A DNA stretch of 64,000 nucleotides from Lama glama (Eukaryota). The stretch's first letter is position 1, and each line of letters starts with the position of its first letter. The stretch lies in contig CM052817.1 of assembly GCA_028534125.1 (NCBI GenBank), positions 37,636,001 to 37,700,000 on the forward strand. The letters are read 5' to 3'. This document shows positions 12,511 through 25,695 of the stretch, piece by piece. Under the pieces are notes generated by a model that saw nothing but the letters and a program-made list of their open reading frames with translations, had not been told where the DNA came from and ran no database searches. A program made the position numbers and the translations under genes.

Positions 12511-14739
12511 AGAATTAGATTAGTGAGAGATTTCAATGAAGAAATACAAAAAATAAACTGGATAGTTCAGTCCTGGCAGCTCACAGATGGAACTTTGACG
12601 AAGAAAAGGGGAATGTGGGCTGCATTTGCAAGTACACTAGCCTGAGATGGGTTTAACCTACAGATAAGAAAGGAAACTCAAGCTCTTTGATCTTTTCAAT
12701 ATCTAGCACAAATGAAAATTTAGACTTAAAAAAGGAAAAAGCTTTGCTTGCTATTTTAGTAAGCAAACATGCTGAAGCTGCATTAAAATCCAGATAGGGA
12801 AGAGAGACACTCTGGAAACCTTCCATATCCTGAGATTTTTCAGTGGGAAGAGACCCAAAATTCAACTCCTATCACATCACACTTCCTTATTTCTTAATGT
12901 CTTTTCTAACATCTTTGATTATTACATTTGGCTTAAGGTGGAGCTTTTCTAAGACTAATGCTGGTGATGAGAGAGAATTTCTGCACCTAAATTTTAGAAA
13001 ATTGAATTCCACAATAGGCAAGTTACTGTTTTAAATTTTCTTTCAATACTCCTGATTAGGTCATGGAGAAAGTCTCAGTTTAATGCGAGTTACTTTGTTT
13101 TATTTGCTCATCTCCTCTTTCAGCAAATAGAGACATGTCCTAAGCGTGGGGCTCCGCTGCACAGGCAGGCCACTCTATTATAGCCTGATGACATCATTAC
13201 ACTCGCATATTTCAAAATGATACTGACTTTTGCACTTCCCGTCTACTTACAGAACATTTTACTGGTTTTCCATTTAAGAAAATAATACTGATCTAAGATT
13301 TCCATTTTAAACAAATAAATTCAAGCATAAAAATGGGATATTTAAAAAATATAAGTAAATAGCATTAGGATATGGCAAATAGTATGATAGCAGTATGCAA
13401 ATGAAAAAAAAAAAGTAAAGGAAAACACCAGCTTAAAAAAATTCTATTGAGGAAAAATGGATGACTTAGCAAGATGGTTCAATTAACAGGCTCATTAACA
13501 CTTACGGGCTATTTGTGGAATCCTAGAACCTCTTTCTCCCAATTTCACGAGTCGTAACTAAACATTGGCACCTCAAGTCTAAACAGCCAACATTGATGAT
13601 ATAATGAAACATATACCATACTTCAATTAAATGTAATATTCCAATTACATCACAAAATGTGTTTATTTATATACATCTTATGTTTCCCTGCCTAATAAAA
13701 GGCATCTTGTATTTTTACAAGATGCTTTTCCCTAAACCAGTGCATAACTTTCTCCTCTTTCTAACCGGTCTAAATTCAGGCAGAGCAGTTTCCCCTCTGG
13801 GAATTACAGAGAGAACTGGGGTGGGGCATACAAAAGAGTGAGGTAGTGGATTTAATTATACTGAATTTACATTATCATGTAGCTAAAAAAGTAATTCTTC
13901 CTAATTTCCCCTTGTGTTTGAGGCAAAGGAAAAGAAAAGGGAGAGGAAGAGCCCCAAAATGACTCTTTCATATTTAGTATTCCACTCTAATACCCTCCAC
14001 TCCTTCCTACTTATGCCATGTGAGACATGTATCTGGGTTTTTCTCCTCAAAATGAAACATAAATAGGGATTCAGCATACAAGGAGGACATGATCAACGCA
14101 CGAAGTGTCTTGAATTTTTGTTCAATGCTTTGAAAAATATAAACAAAAAAGATACGCTGTGTATACTTTGAATCTTCACTGATTGATGTTAAATATTACT
14201 TAATATACTAGAAACTTAATAGACTTAAAAAAAACGGAAGCACTAATAATACATATTAAATCTTTCAATTCACTCTTTGTTCCAGTAGCAAATTCCACTC
14301 CTGCTCCCCTTCATACTTAATGTTTCTGAATCCGACACCTCTCCAGGGTTCTCTGGGACGAAATGAGTCCACCTTTTTCTATCCCATTCTGTTCATTTGC
14401 TGTGCTTGATTTCTTCCACTTTGCTTCCTCAGGTAACTTTACTCCTTATGATCATTTAAAAATGCTTGATTTTTTTCTATAAGCAGATAAACCCTCATCT
14501 GTTCACTTTTTTACTGAGTTTTTAGCATTTTAATTTCTCTACTATCATTTAAGCAGAGACTAAAGAAATTAATTTGATAAATCTGTTCAACCTTCTTAAA
14601 TTGAAAGTTTTTTGAATATTTTTCTGATGTAATTTACACACTGAACAACTCCATCCTCATTTATAGGAAAAGTGCATAGTACACAGACCTAATTATCACA
14701 GGGCAAACAATAAATAGAAAAATTAGTACTTTGAAAAAA

Positions 14740-15875
14740 ATCTTACAGACCAATAATATCCATGTTGCCAAATTCAATGATCCTTATCTTACACTCAGTC
14801 TACCTAACAGGCATATCATTTATCAAATCAAAAACTGAATTCTTGATTTCAACTACTAAACCTCTCTTCCAACATTCCCCATTTTGAAATGGAACTGAGC
14901 CAATTTATTCAGGCCACAAACTTTGCAGTTTGGAGTCACCTGATTTCTATCTTTTCCTCATATCCCACATCCAATCTGTTAGGTCTTCTTTCAAAATATA
15001 TCTTGAATATAAAACTTGATAAGTTTTGAGACCTCTACTGGCTACTCTGTATTGTCTACAACAGTGTTCTGCAATAAAACCTCTGATGATAGATATATCT
15101 TACATTTGTGCTGTCCAATACGGTAAAGTCAATAGCCATATGTGACTACTGAGCCCTTGAAATGGGGCTAGTGCAAGAAAGGAACTGAATTTTTAAATTT
15201 TATTTAATTTTAACTTAAGCTGTCACATGTAACTTGTGGCTACCATAGTGAACAGTGAAAGTCTAGAAAACTACAACAATGAGGTTATAAACGGTCTTTT
15301 GGCTTCCCCTCTTGCCCCTGTAGTCTCCTCCCAATAATGATCCTTTTTAAATGTAGATCTAATAATGTCACTTCTCCGCTTCATGGTTTCCCATTACGTG
15401 GAATGAAATCTCGGCTCCCTATTCAGGCTTACAGTTCCCTACATGATTTTTCCCCAGGCTACCTCTACACCTCACCCACTCATTCTTCCCTTCAGTTCTG
15501 ACACAATCAACCCCAGCCACGGTGATGCAAGCCCTTGCATTTGTCTATACCATCCCTGCCTCAAATATATACAGGGCTTAACCTCCTTGCTTTATTCAGC
15601 TCTTGACTGACTATTAATTCACAGAAAGGTTTTCCTTAAATACCCAGTCCCTAATTTTCTCCACACCCTTACCCAATTTTTTAATGCTTCACAGCATTTA
15701 CAATACCTGAGCTATATTATAGATTTAATTATTATTGAATGTTTCTCACAGCCAAATACAAAACTCATAAAAACAGAAAATTTGGTCTCTTGTTGATTGG
15801 TGTATCCCTAAATGTCTAGGATAGTGCCTGGCACAAAGCAGATTCTCAAAAATTTTTACTGACTGACTGAATAAA
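14740..15875 (+). mobile_element. LINE-2 fragment interrupted by a MER3-like element
   Basis: L2 3' terminus gtgcctggcacaaagcagattctcaaaaatttttactgactgactgaataa, with pyrimidine-rich L2 body upstream. Confidence 0.7.
15062..15258. mobile_element. MER3-like hAT-Charlie MITE
   Basis: tgtgctgtccaatacggta...tagccatatgtgactactgagcccttgaaatggggctagtgcaagaaaggaactgaatttttaaatttt; a related copy lies at ~34600-34770. Confidence 0.7.
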
Positions 15876-17088
15876 CTTAAATTCCATTTATTCTCTTAGT
15901 CTCACATTTATATAATAAAGATTTACTTAGTGCTCATTATTTAAAAGGCACTGCATCAGACAATGTGGGGAATTCAAATTGACAGCAGCATAGATCTTGT
16001 AAATCTGATAACCACTGGAATAATCCTTAAAGTTTCTCAAATCTTAAGATTTTGAGTCTATGACTACAACTGGGAACAGCTGGGACTGCTTCTCTTGGGG
16101 ATGAGAGCAGGAGTAGAGCATGTCTATCCTCCAATGTTAAAACATTTGCCCTCTGGAAGGAGTAGTCTTTTTATAGTATTCCTAACAGAATGCAGAATTG
16201 AGACCAATCAGTTAAAATTAGGTAATCTTCAGTTCAAAATATAGACTTTCTAACAATATAGAAAAACTCTTGAGGTAATGTTCTAAAGTGGCCAAGCAGA
16301 GGGAAATAACTATTAGGTAGGGTTGTCAAATTTTTCTATGTTAGGTGCGTGGGGTGGCCTTAGGTGACCTCTAACATGCGTTCCAAGTCTAACATTATAT
16401 TGTCTATAAAATGGTCTAATGAATGCAAGTTAATACATCAGTCATTTTCTGACAAGTTGCTTCCTGCTTGTTATAAGTAGTTAAGTCTGAAGGCTGACAG
16501 ATAGCAAGGAATGGAAATGAGAATCAAAACAGAGTTACACAAATATTCTACTGAATGAAAAACACTTTGTACCTGTATTGTAGAAATATACTCAACTATG
16601 AGGCTGCATTATATGAAATTGACAATATTTGACCATTTTTATAGTTCAACTTAAAAAATGACTTGCCAAACTTTACTAGCATAGTCACTATGCAATTTTT
16701 GCACCTGTACTACCAGGAAGTCAGCCAAGTCTTAACTTAAAAGTGTTCATTTAAGGAAAACAAAATCAATTCAATAGCATATGCCTTCTAAAATTTCACT
16801 TATATCAACAAAACATAACTTCTAGTTCCGATCAGTAGACCATGAGAAAGTCAGTCCTAATAGGTCAATTAATTCTTAAGCTCTTGGTGAGGGGGGAAAA
16901 AAAGCTAAGAACAAATGTGTACTAAATTACACCTTAGTATTAACATGCAGTTCAGTAGCAGATTCAAACTTGTTAGTGAATAATCAGAACCTGGATGACC
17001 ATCTCTTACTTCCATTAGTAATTACATCTTAGGGAAGCAGTGCAATTATATTCCTAACAGGTCTTTTCTTCATTCAAAAACCAAGCAT

Positions 17089-17193
17089 GGTGGGGGGTGG
17101 GGATAGTGCTGTGGTAGAGCTCATGATTAGCATACATGAGGTCTTGGGTTCAATCCCCAGTACCTCCACTAAAAAAAAAAAAAAAAAAAAAAA
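17089..17193 (+). mobile_element. tRNA-derived SINE (camelid Vic-1-like) with 23-nt poly(A)
   Basis: G-rich head, A-box-like gtggtagagc, B-box ggttcaatccc, poly(A) at 17171-17193, AAGCAT on both sides. Confidence 0.85.
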
Positions 17194-18211
17194 GCATAAT
17201 TTTTAAGTTTGCTGTTTTATGAAGGGCATTTCAGCTTTCTTAAACCTACGTCTATATCTCAGCAGTCTAATGTTAGAGGTATTTCCAAAATCAACAATAT
17301 CTTACTGGAATTGGTACCATTCTTTTAGTACTGAGATTTTTGGATAACCAAGTTTTACATTCTCCATTACAGGACTGCTCTGTTTTAATCCGTGGTCAAC
17401 ACTGCATAAACTTCGTTATCAGGAAATAAATTCTATGGCTTTTGTTTCTTTGTAAAAGACCAAAGTGATTACATTTATCTGATAATCCCAAATGTTTTTT
17501 TTATTTGAATTGACTAATTGACTATGACAAAAGTATTCTGTCAAAGGTAAAGGAAATTCTTAGAAGTCAAACCAAAAAATAACTTCACCAAGAAATGATA
17601 AAAGGAAACGGAGCCCACAGTATCTCCAAGGTATGTCTGTACTTGTTTTGTCAATTCCTGAGAGAGACATACTGAAATCTCCAACTACAACTGCGGATTT
17701 GTCAATTTTCATTTGCAGTTCTGTTTTTGCTTCAAGTATTTTGAAGCTCTGTTATTATGAGTATAAATGTTTAGGACTCTTAAATCTTCTTGATCAATGA
17801 ACCCTGCTGTCATTATAAAATGGTATTTTTTCATCCTGGTAACATTCTTTGTCCTGTGATCTACTTTGTTTGATATTAATACAGTCAGTTCTCTTTTAAT
17901 GAGTGTTAACATGGTATATCTTTTCCATCCTTTTACTTTTAACCATGATTGCATATAGTTTGCTCTTGATTTTTTAATACAATCTGACAAGCTCTGCCTT
18001 TTTAATTAGGGTGTATAAGCCATTTAATATGATTATTGACATAGTTGGATTTATTGTTTTGCTATTTGTTTTTTATTTGTCCTGTTTTTCCTCCCACCCC
18101 TTTTTTTCTTTTCCTGCCTTTAGATTAACAATGATTTTTATGATTCCATTTTATCTCTTCAGTTAGCTTTTAGCTATAACTCTGTTATTTTACTTATTGC
18201 TATACAATTTA

Positions 18212-18308
18212 GGTTTATTTATTTATTTAATGGAAGTATGGGGGATTGAACCCAGGACCTCATGCATGCTAAGCACACGCTCTTACCACTAAGCTATACC
18301 CTCCCCCC
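18212..18308 (-). mobile_element. tRNA-derived SINE (Vic-1-like) with perfect 17-bp TSD
   Basis: Minus strand gggagggtatagcttagtggtaagagcg...gaggtcctgggttcaatcccc with (AAAT)n tail; TATTGCTATACAATTTA at 18195-18211 and 18309-18325. Confidence 0.9.
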
Positions 18309-18403
18309 TATTGCTATACAATTTATAGTACATATCTTTAACTTATTCCACTCTACCATCACATGATATTATATCATTTCATACAAGAACTCACAATTGT
18401 ATA

Positions 18404-18596
18404 CAGTTGACCCTTGAACAACACAGGGATTAGGGGCACTGACCTTCTGTGCAGTTGAAAATCTGTGTATAACTTAGCCCTCCATATCCACAGATTCAAT
18501 CAGCTGCAGATCGCATAGTGCCATTGTATTTACATGAAAAATTTGCATGTAAGTGGACCTATGTGGTTCAAATCTGTGTTGTTCAAGGGTGAACTG
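18404..18596. mobile_element. Tigger2-derived MITE (TcMar-Tigger)
   Basis: 23-bp terminal inverted repeats with 1 mismatch (cagttgacccttgaacaacacag / ctgtgttgttcaagggtgaactg), flanked by TA on both sides. Confidence 0.85.
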
Positions 18597-18708
18597 TACT
18601 TCCATTTCCCTCCTCTTAACCTTTGTGCTATTGCCATGCATTTTACTTTTACATGTGTTATAAATTCCATACTACATTATTATTTTTGCTTAAAAATCAA
18701 TTACCTTT

Positions 18709-19668
18709 AAAAAGAAAAGGAAGTTTATTGCACATAAGAAATTACAAGCACATTAAAAAAAAAGTACCAATCTTTATCTATAGGTATTTTTAAACCACTC
18801 CCATGGAACTTCAATACTGTTATTCTTGGTACAAATAAAAACATTTTTTTTTTACAGTTAGCTGATCTTGTAAGTGAAGTCATAAAATGTTACAACTATT
18901 ATTTAAAAATGAAAGTGAAAAATTATTAAATATCTTAAGACTGTAGTCTAAGCAACTGGTGAGAGACCTGGCTGAAGTGATATAAGAGCCGGCTCTCTGC
19001 ACAGAGAGATTCATCACCTCTCTGGACAGACAAGGGTATGCTTTCCCCCTTGCGTAACTCCAGAGGGCACATTCTGAACTATGTGAAGCTAAAAACAGAC
19101 ATCCAAACTCATTGGCTCCCATATCTGTGTAAATGTTATATTTAAAAAATATTAGATAAAAAGTATGAGAGTTAAAGCTGCCACGTTGAGTGTTCTTGAC
19201 CATTCAACTAGGATAATCTGTGATACATACAAAAGGAATTGATGATATCTGCCCAGCTGTCTGCCAGCATCTCTTTCCTTCCTCTTTGACTCTTTACTTG
19301 ATCTTCTCTAACCTGTGGTCAAATGTCCTATCCTATTTGCTCCTTTCCTGGGAAGGCAGTGTAAAGAAATGGTAAAGTACCTAAGCTTTAGAGTCAGACA
19401 GAATGAGTTTAAGTCCTTGCTCATTCATTTAACAGTTGTGTAATCTTGGCAAGTTATTTCACCCTCCTATAGCCTACTTTCCTCATATGTAATAGGAAAA
19501 TAATGATGGTACTTAAGAAAAGGGTTGCTAGATGGATTAAATGAAATGATATAAGTAAAACTCTCTGCCCAAGCTAAGTGCTCAAAATGTTAGCCATTAA
19601 TGTTTCAGTATTGAATTTTGGGGGATTCTTAAAGAGTAGGCCTATTAGTCTACTTTTCTCAGCCTTTT
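18709..19668 (-). pseudogene. Probable retroposed non-L1 segment (5'-truncated retrocopy 3' end or orphan transduction) containing a MIR
   Basis: 13-bp direct repeats atcaattaccttt (18696-18708) / atagattaccttt (19669-19681); TT/AAAA site on the minus strand; AATAAA (tttatt 18724-18729) 15 nt from the 3' end; interrupts the L1. Confidence 0.55.
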
Positions 19669-22019
19669 ATAGATTACCTTTTAAACACATTTAAATATTT
19701 TTTAAAAACCTGTACTTTCTACTGTAGTTAGCATTTTCACTTGGTATCTATTTGGTATCACTTCTTTTCTGCCTGAAGGGCTTCAACATTTCTGCTGGGA
19801 TGAATTCTTTCAGCTACCATACCTCTGTAGAAGCCTATTTCACTTCATTTTTAGAAGATTTTCATTGGGTAGAGAAATTCTAGGTTGACAGTTTCTTTCA
19901 GCACCTTAACGAAGTTGTTGCACTGTCTTCTTGTTTGCACTCTTTCTGACAAGAAGTACACTGCCATCCTTATCTTTGTTCCTCTTTTTTTCTTTGGCTG
20001 CCTTTAAGATTGTCTCTTTATCACAGGTTTTGAACAGCTTGAACATGATGTACCTTGGTGTAACTGTCTTCATGTTCCTCACGCTTGGCGTTCATTAAGA
20101 TTCTGAATCTGTGTGTTTAGAGTTTTCATCAAATTTGGAAAAGCTTCAGCCATTATTTATTCAAATATTTTTTTCATTATGGCCTTCTTTCTTCCCTCCT
20201 TTAGGGACTCAAATTTCAGGTATATTAGGCCACTTGAAGTTATCCCACAATTCACTGGTGTTTTGTTTATTTTTTAAAATTATTTTCCTCTGTGTTTCAT
20301 TTTGAATAATTTTACAGGTATGTCTTCAAGTTACTAATCTTTTCTCCTGTAACGTTTAATCTGCCATTAATCCCATCCCACGTATTTTTCATCTCAGACA
20401 TTATAGTTATCATATTTAGTAGCTCATTCTGTTGCTACTAACTTTTGCACATATGGAATACACTTATAAAATCATTTTAATGTATTTATCTGCTAATTCT
20501 AACCTCTCTGTCCGTTCTGAGTCAGTTTGATTGATTTATATTCTCATCATAGATTGTATTTCCCTGCTTCTTTGCACGCCTGGAAATTTTGTATTGGATG
20601 CCATATTGTCAATTTTACCATGTTGGATATAGAGTATGTTTATAAATATTCTTGAGTTTTGCTTGAGGTGAAGGTAAATTATTTGAAAACTTTTAAGTTT
20701 GATCCTTTTGGGTCTAGCTTTTAAGATTTGTTATTCTGGCCCAGAGCAATGCTCAGTCTAGGGCTCATTTTGGGTGCAAGATTCTTCTGTGTACTCTACC
20801 TAATGTCCTGTGAATCTTGAGGTTTTCCAGTCTGGTTTGTGGAAATAGGCACTATTTCCAGCCCTGCTGGAATACACAAATATTGTTCCCTCTAATCTTT
20901 TTGTATGGTTCCTTTACAGCTCAGGAAGTTTCCCCACATGCATGTGTGTACTGAGTACTCAGCTGAATACGAAAGGGACCCTCTAGATCCCTGGGGTTCC
21001 TTCTCTGTGCTGTTCTTGCCTCTCCACTACTCTGTCCTGTTAACTCTAGCTGCCTTAGTCTCCCTAGACTTTTCAGCAATATGCCCTGAATTCAGGGTGT
21101 CTACCATTCTCCGTCTGGTTTCCTATTCCTTGCACCACAGCCTAGAAACTCTCTCAGGTTAGTAAGCTAAGCCATCGTAAGGTTCACCTTGTTTCCAGCT
21201 CTCAAGGATATCACTCTTTCATTGCCTGATGTCCAGTGTCTTGAAAATTGTTGTTTCTAATACTTTATACAATTTTAGTTGTCAGATAAATCTTGTCCCT
21301 GTTACTCCATCTTGGCTAGAAGCAGAAGTTTTGCTGGTTTATTATGTTTATTTCTCTGTACTAAACCACTGTAAATGGCATCTCAGTTCAATTATCCCTG
21401 ATGGATTGGGGTCAAATCTTACGTGGTTATGAGGCTGCCCCTTTAGATTGTTACTGTGTGAGTCTTTTCACTAACTGCCTTAAAGGCAGTCATTCTTCTG
21501 TTTAAAAAGCACATTTGAAAGAAACAGTATGAAGGCTAAGGAATTTTAATGCTGTGGAGAAGAATGTCTAGAAGTTTGTGTGGCTAAGTAAGTCACAAAG
21601 TAATTTTCATTCTATAGAGCTTCTATAAGAAGGATTTTTCTTTTAGAACTCTCGCAAATGAAAAGAACATTCATGGGGGGAGTATGGAGATACTGAATGT
21701 ACAGGCAGGAGAAAGGAAGGAAGAATGACAGACTTTGAGAAAGAAAGGGGTTGAGAATGAAATGTTTCTAAGAAATATCATGGAAACCAAGTCTTTGATA
21801 CATTTACACACGAGACATTGTCCTCTATATATTTTAAGAAACAGTCTTGTTCTTTTCTTTCTTCCTACGCAAAAATCCAATGTTTACTTAACTAATATGC
21901 TAAAGTGAAATATCAATCAAAGCAGACAGCTGGAAGCATTATTATCATTATTATCTTTTAATAAATGTCAAAACAAAATATGGTAAGTTCATACAAGTGT
22001 AAGGTAGTTAAGATAATCT

Positions 22020-22352
22020 AGGGCAGAGGTTGCCCAGGGGATTTACTTGGCCTGCAGACAAGTGGTGTTTGGCCTATAAAGCAATGACCCACATCATTAT
22101 TTTACAAAAGTGTGAATTTGTGTCCAGTATCTATTAACAGGAAGACTTCACAAATTGGAGAGATTTCATATAAAAATCTTGGGAAAAAAAGGAGATGTAG
22201 CAGCACTCAAAGTGGGAAGCAGATGCTCCCTTTAGCTACAGTCTGAGCCCTTTAGTTCGGCACAACTGTCCATCATTCATTATTGTTTTCCTCTCCCCGC
22301 AACTACCTCTGGCCCTTCCTGCCCCTGCAGGTATTTAAGCTACCGACACCTG
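22020..22352. mobile_element. MER102-like hAT-Charlie relic
   Basis: cagaggttgcc start, ttggcctgcagacaagtggtgtttggcct and gatttcatataaaaatct motifs, end ...gacacctg. Confidence 0.5.
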
Positions 22353-25159
22353 ATCCAGGGAACATATTCTATTTCAACAAATTAACTTGTATTTTTTTAA
22401 CTTAGAGAACAAATATAAAAAAGCTTGACCAAAATATTTTTTTTTTAAAGGAGAGAGAGGATTCCTAGAAAGATACATTGCAAAGAGTACTTAGTTTTCT
22501 ACCAATTGTAGGATAGCTGTATCTAGGGCACATTTTTAAAAACTATAGATTCCTGGGGATCTAGACAGTATTCCAAAATGTTTATTTTTAACCAATAATT
22601 CAGATATAGCTCATGTTTGGAAACTACAATCTACCCTACCTGTTGCCTCTGTTTCAAAAGGTACACATAGAAGTAAGCATAATTGCAGAGAGCTGAAACA
22701 ATATTACTAAAAAATTATGCTCTGGCACACTTTTCCTCCCAATGCACTCTATTTAAGCAGGAAAAAAAATCTGAACTTTAGGTATACAGTCTGAGTAACT
22801 CCATATTTAGTCTTCAGTTTTCATGCTTCAACCAAGAAAACCAGAAGAGCAAGCATGCTAAAAAAAAAAAAAAACTGCTATATATCAAGCATCTATGTAA
22901 CAAAAATTTCTATGTTTTAGGGTTTCTTTCTAACTCAGTGCTCCATAGGAGAACTGAAATAGCTTGAAGTTCCCCTTCCAACTGTAAATTGACCCAATTT
23001 CAACTGTACCAAATATTTATCAACTTCAGTTAAAAGAAAAATTTCAACCTAATAAACAAAACAGTGTATTAGTGGTAAGACATTCAAGTTTGCTTCTACT
23101 ACTGATTTCTAACTGGTAATAAAAGAATGGGGATTAACAGGTCAAAAGTGTAAGAAATATTTGACTAATGAGGTAATTTGAGGGGGAAAGAAACAAAAAC
23201 CAGAAAAATAAAGATATATTGTTAAATATATTAAAAAGGAGGACTTTGTATAAATTATTTTCAAAAACAAAGAACTTTTTACCATAATAAGAGGGTGTAT
23301 GTAAAGTTTCACTCTAAGGAAGACTAAAACATCTGTCTGGCATATCATTCATTACTGTTTCCTCCTGTGTCTGGTGACAGGACTGAAAGTGAAGGCTAAC
23401 AAAAGAGCACCCACAGGAGACGTGGAGATAGGAACAGAAAGACGACTTGCTTTTCAATCTGTGTACTGCTCAATCTTGCACAATATACGTCTCATCTATT
23501 CTAAAAAATAAGATACTTAAAAATAAGAATAGAAACTTCATCTGCTATAACAAAGTCTGCACAACTCACCCTTTCAGAGAGCAACAAAACTGTTTACTCA
23601 ACAAAAAACCCTGCATGATCATGTTACTATTTGCATGAAAACAGTATACAATTCTTAAGTGGGAAAAAAAAGGATGTGAAGACAGTTAAGGGAAAGAGTT
23701 AAATACTGATTTTATGTTTCAGAGAGCTCTAGGATACAAATTCTGCTTCTGTAAATAAGAGCAAATGTCGACTAATTTATACTGTGAATGAATTTTAAAA
23801 CCTATGATAAACTAAAATTTAGAAACTTTTGTAGTTCTTCTATCGGGCACTTTTTATACCACCACATATAAAGCACGCAAGCCTACTGAAAGAGTTGATT
23901 CAAAGGAGAGAAAAAGAAACTTTGTTAGCAGTCACCGCAATCACCAACAGTTCGGGGCTCTGTAAATACAGCTGTCAACAAAACCAAAGGACGATTTTTA
24001 AGTGCACTAAGAATGGAATGGAGAGTTGGTCATAAACTATTCTTAATGACCACACCTTAATAAGATCATTACTTCTAACCCTGAACTAAAAGTTACAAAT
24101 GATTTTCACTATTAAAATATCTAGTGTGTAGCAATAAAGTACACAGTTGTTGGAACAGACTACCTAGATTCAAAATGCTGGCTCTTCCACTTAATCATTT
24201 ATAATTATTTTGGGCAAATTAATCTAACTCTACCTCAGTTTCCTTATCTGAAAAAAATGGGAGATATTAGCAGTATCTACGTTAAGATTGTTTTGAGAAA
24301 TTAATTTTTTAGTAAACAGCATATTTTATAAGTGTGTATTATCATTATAATTATCAAAACATCCTTGAAAAAAATGATCCAGCATCAACTACATCTTCTA
24401 GTTCATCTAAAGCACTGGCTAAGATAACTTGATGTATTACAATCAGTAAGCCCCTTCCAAATTAAAAAGAAAGTCTTCAGGCAAAATATCATAATCTATT
24501 TCTCAATTCAGCAGGATAGCTTCTATTTTAATTCTTCATAATCTAATCTTTCTACTCTAAAACAGGTTGATTTTCCTTTATACATCACCATGTTGGGCCT
24601 ACTTGTTTTTTTCTGGCCTTTTTACATTGAAAATTTTCATAAAAAGTAAAGTAAAACAAAAACTATGACTATAATCATGCTTTATTTACTAAGCTTTATC
24701 TTTTTTCTATTTAACATTATATTTCCATGTAATAAACAACCTCTCATCAACTAATTTTTGATGATCACAAAATTCCATTATGAGGATTTAGCATACTTAA
24801 AACCATTCCTCCTCTGTAAACTATTTGTGTTGTTTCCAATTTCATACCTTTGCAAATAATGCTGTGATGAGCACTGAAACACTTTAAAAACATTTTCAAA
24901 AGGACAGTTTTTTACCTTTACCCAACAGTTTATAGGAACTTAATGCTAGGAAGACCACAAGTTAGTAGGGGGAGACCTTGGGGAGAAAAAAGCTGAAAAG
25001 AAAATACACTACCATCTCAAGAACAACATGTTTTTAAATATAAACAACTCCATAAACTTAGATTCCAACATAGACTGTGGAGTTCTCTTCCACATTTTCT
25101 ATGTAAATTGAGGTACTTTTTTGCCTCTCCTTGATATTCCTTGTGTTAAAAGATACTAA

Positions 25160-25410
25160 AGGAGAAGTTATGGTTAAGATAATTGACTGTGGAATCAGAC
25201 AGACATGGATCAAAATCCCTGCTCCACTACCAACTAGCTGTGTGATCTATGGCAAATCACTAAGCCTCTCTAAGCCTCAGTTTTCTCACCTGCAAAATAA
25301 GAAAGCTAACATCTATCTTATAGATTTCTTATAAAGATTACTAATATCTTATTTTAAATTCTTAAAATAGTGCCTAGCATGTAGTAAATACACAAATAGT
25401 ATCTTGTCAT
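25160..25410 (+). mobile_element. MIR
   Basis: ggaatcagacagacatggatcaaaatccctgctccactaccaactagctgtgtgatctatggcaaatcactaagcctctctaagcctcagttttctc; another MIR at ~24130-24340. Confidence 0.75.
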
Positions 25411-25574
25411 TAGAACTATTTTCACTTTTCATTTAGGTTACTTGAAAGATATCATAAACATATACATGTGTGGTTTGTGTATACATTATTGGCTTAATCT
25501 ACAGAGTATGACGGCACTGGTGCATAGTTATAAACCGCTGCCCCATATAATTGGCCTTTAAAACACTATTCAGT

Positions 25575-25695
25575 GGGTGGGAGGTAGAGCTCAGTGGTAG
25601 AGCGTGTGCTTGCCGTGCATGAGGTCCTGGGTTTAACTGCCAGTGCTTCCGTTAAGGGGAAAAAAATACATTTTTTCTTAAATTAAAAAAAAAAA
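25575..25695 (+). mobile_element. tRNA-derived SINE (Vic-1-like), more diverged copy
   Basis: gggtgggaggtagagctcagtggtagagcgtgtgcttgccgtgcatgaggtcctgggttt; A-rich tail; degenerate TSD ending ttcagt. Confidence 0.8.

Larger units (their letters stand above)
17630..21330 (-). mobile_element. Old LINE-1 5' portion (5' end, ORF1/linker remnants, ORF2 endonuclease N-terminus) hosting several nested insertions
   Basis: Minus-strand L1 start with caagatgg motif near 21310; ORF 17709-17990 (LKVKGWKRY...VLISNKVD...IDQEDLRVLNIYTHNNRASKYLKQK) resembles the L1 ORF2 APE endonuclease. Confidence 0.8.

Noticed and set aside
17089..17193. tRNA genes at the three A-box/B-box-containing elements
   Set aside because: A-rich tails, TSDs and no complete cloverleaf indicate SINEs
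17709..17990. Functional endonuclease gene
   Set aside because: Short, stop-bounded remnant of a decayed L1 ORF2
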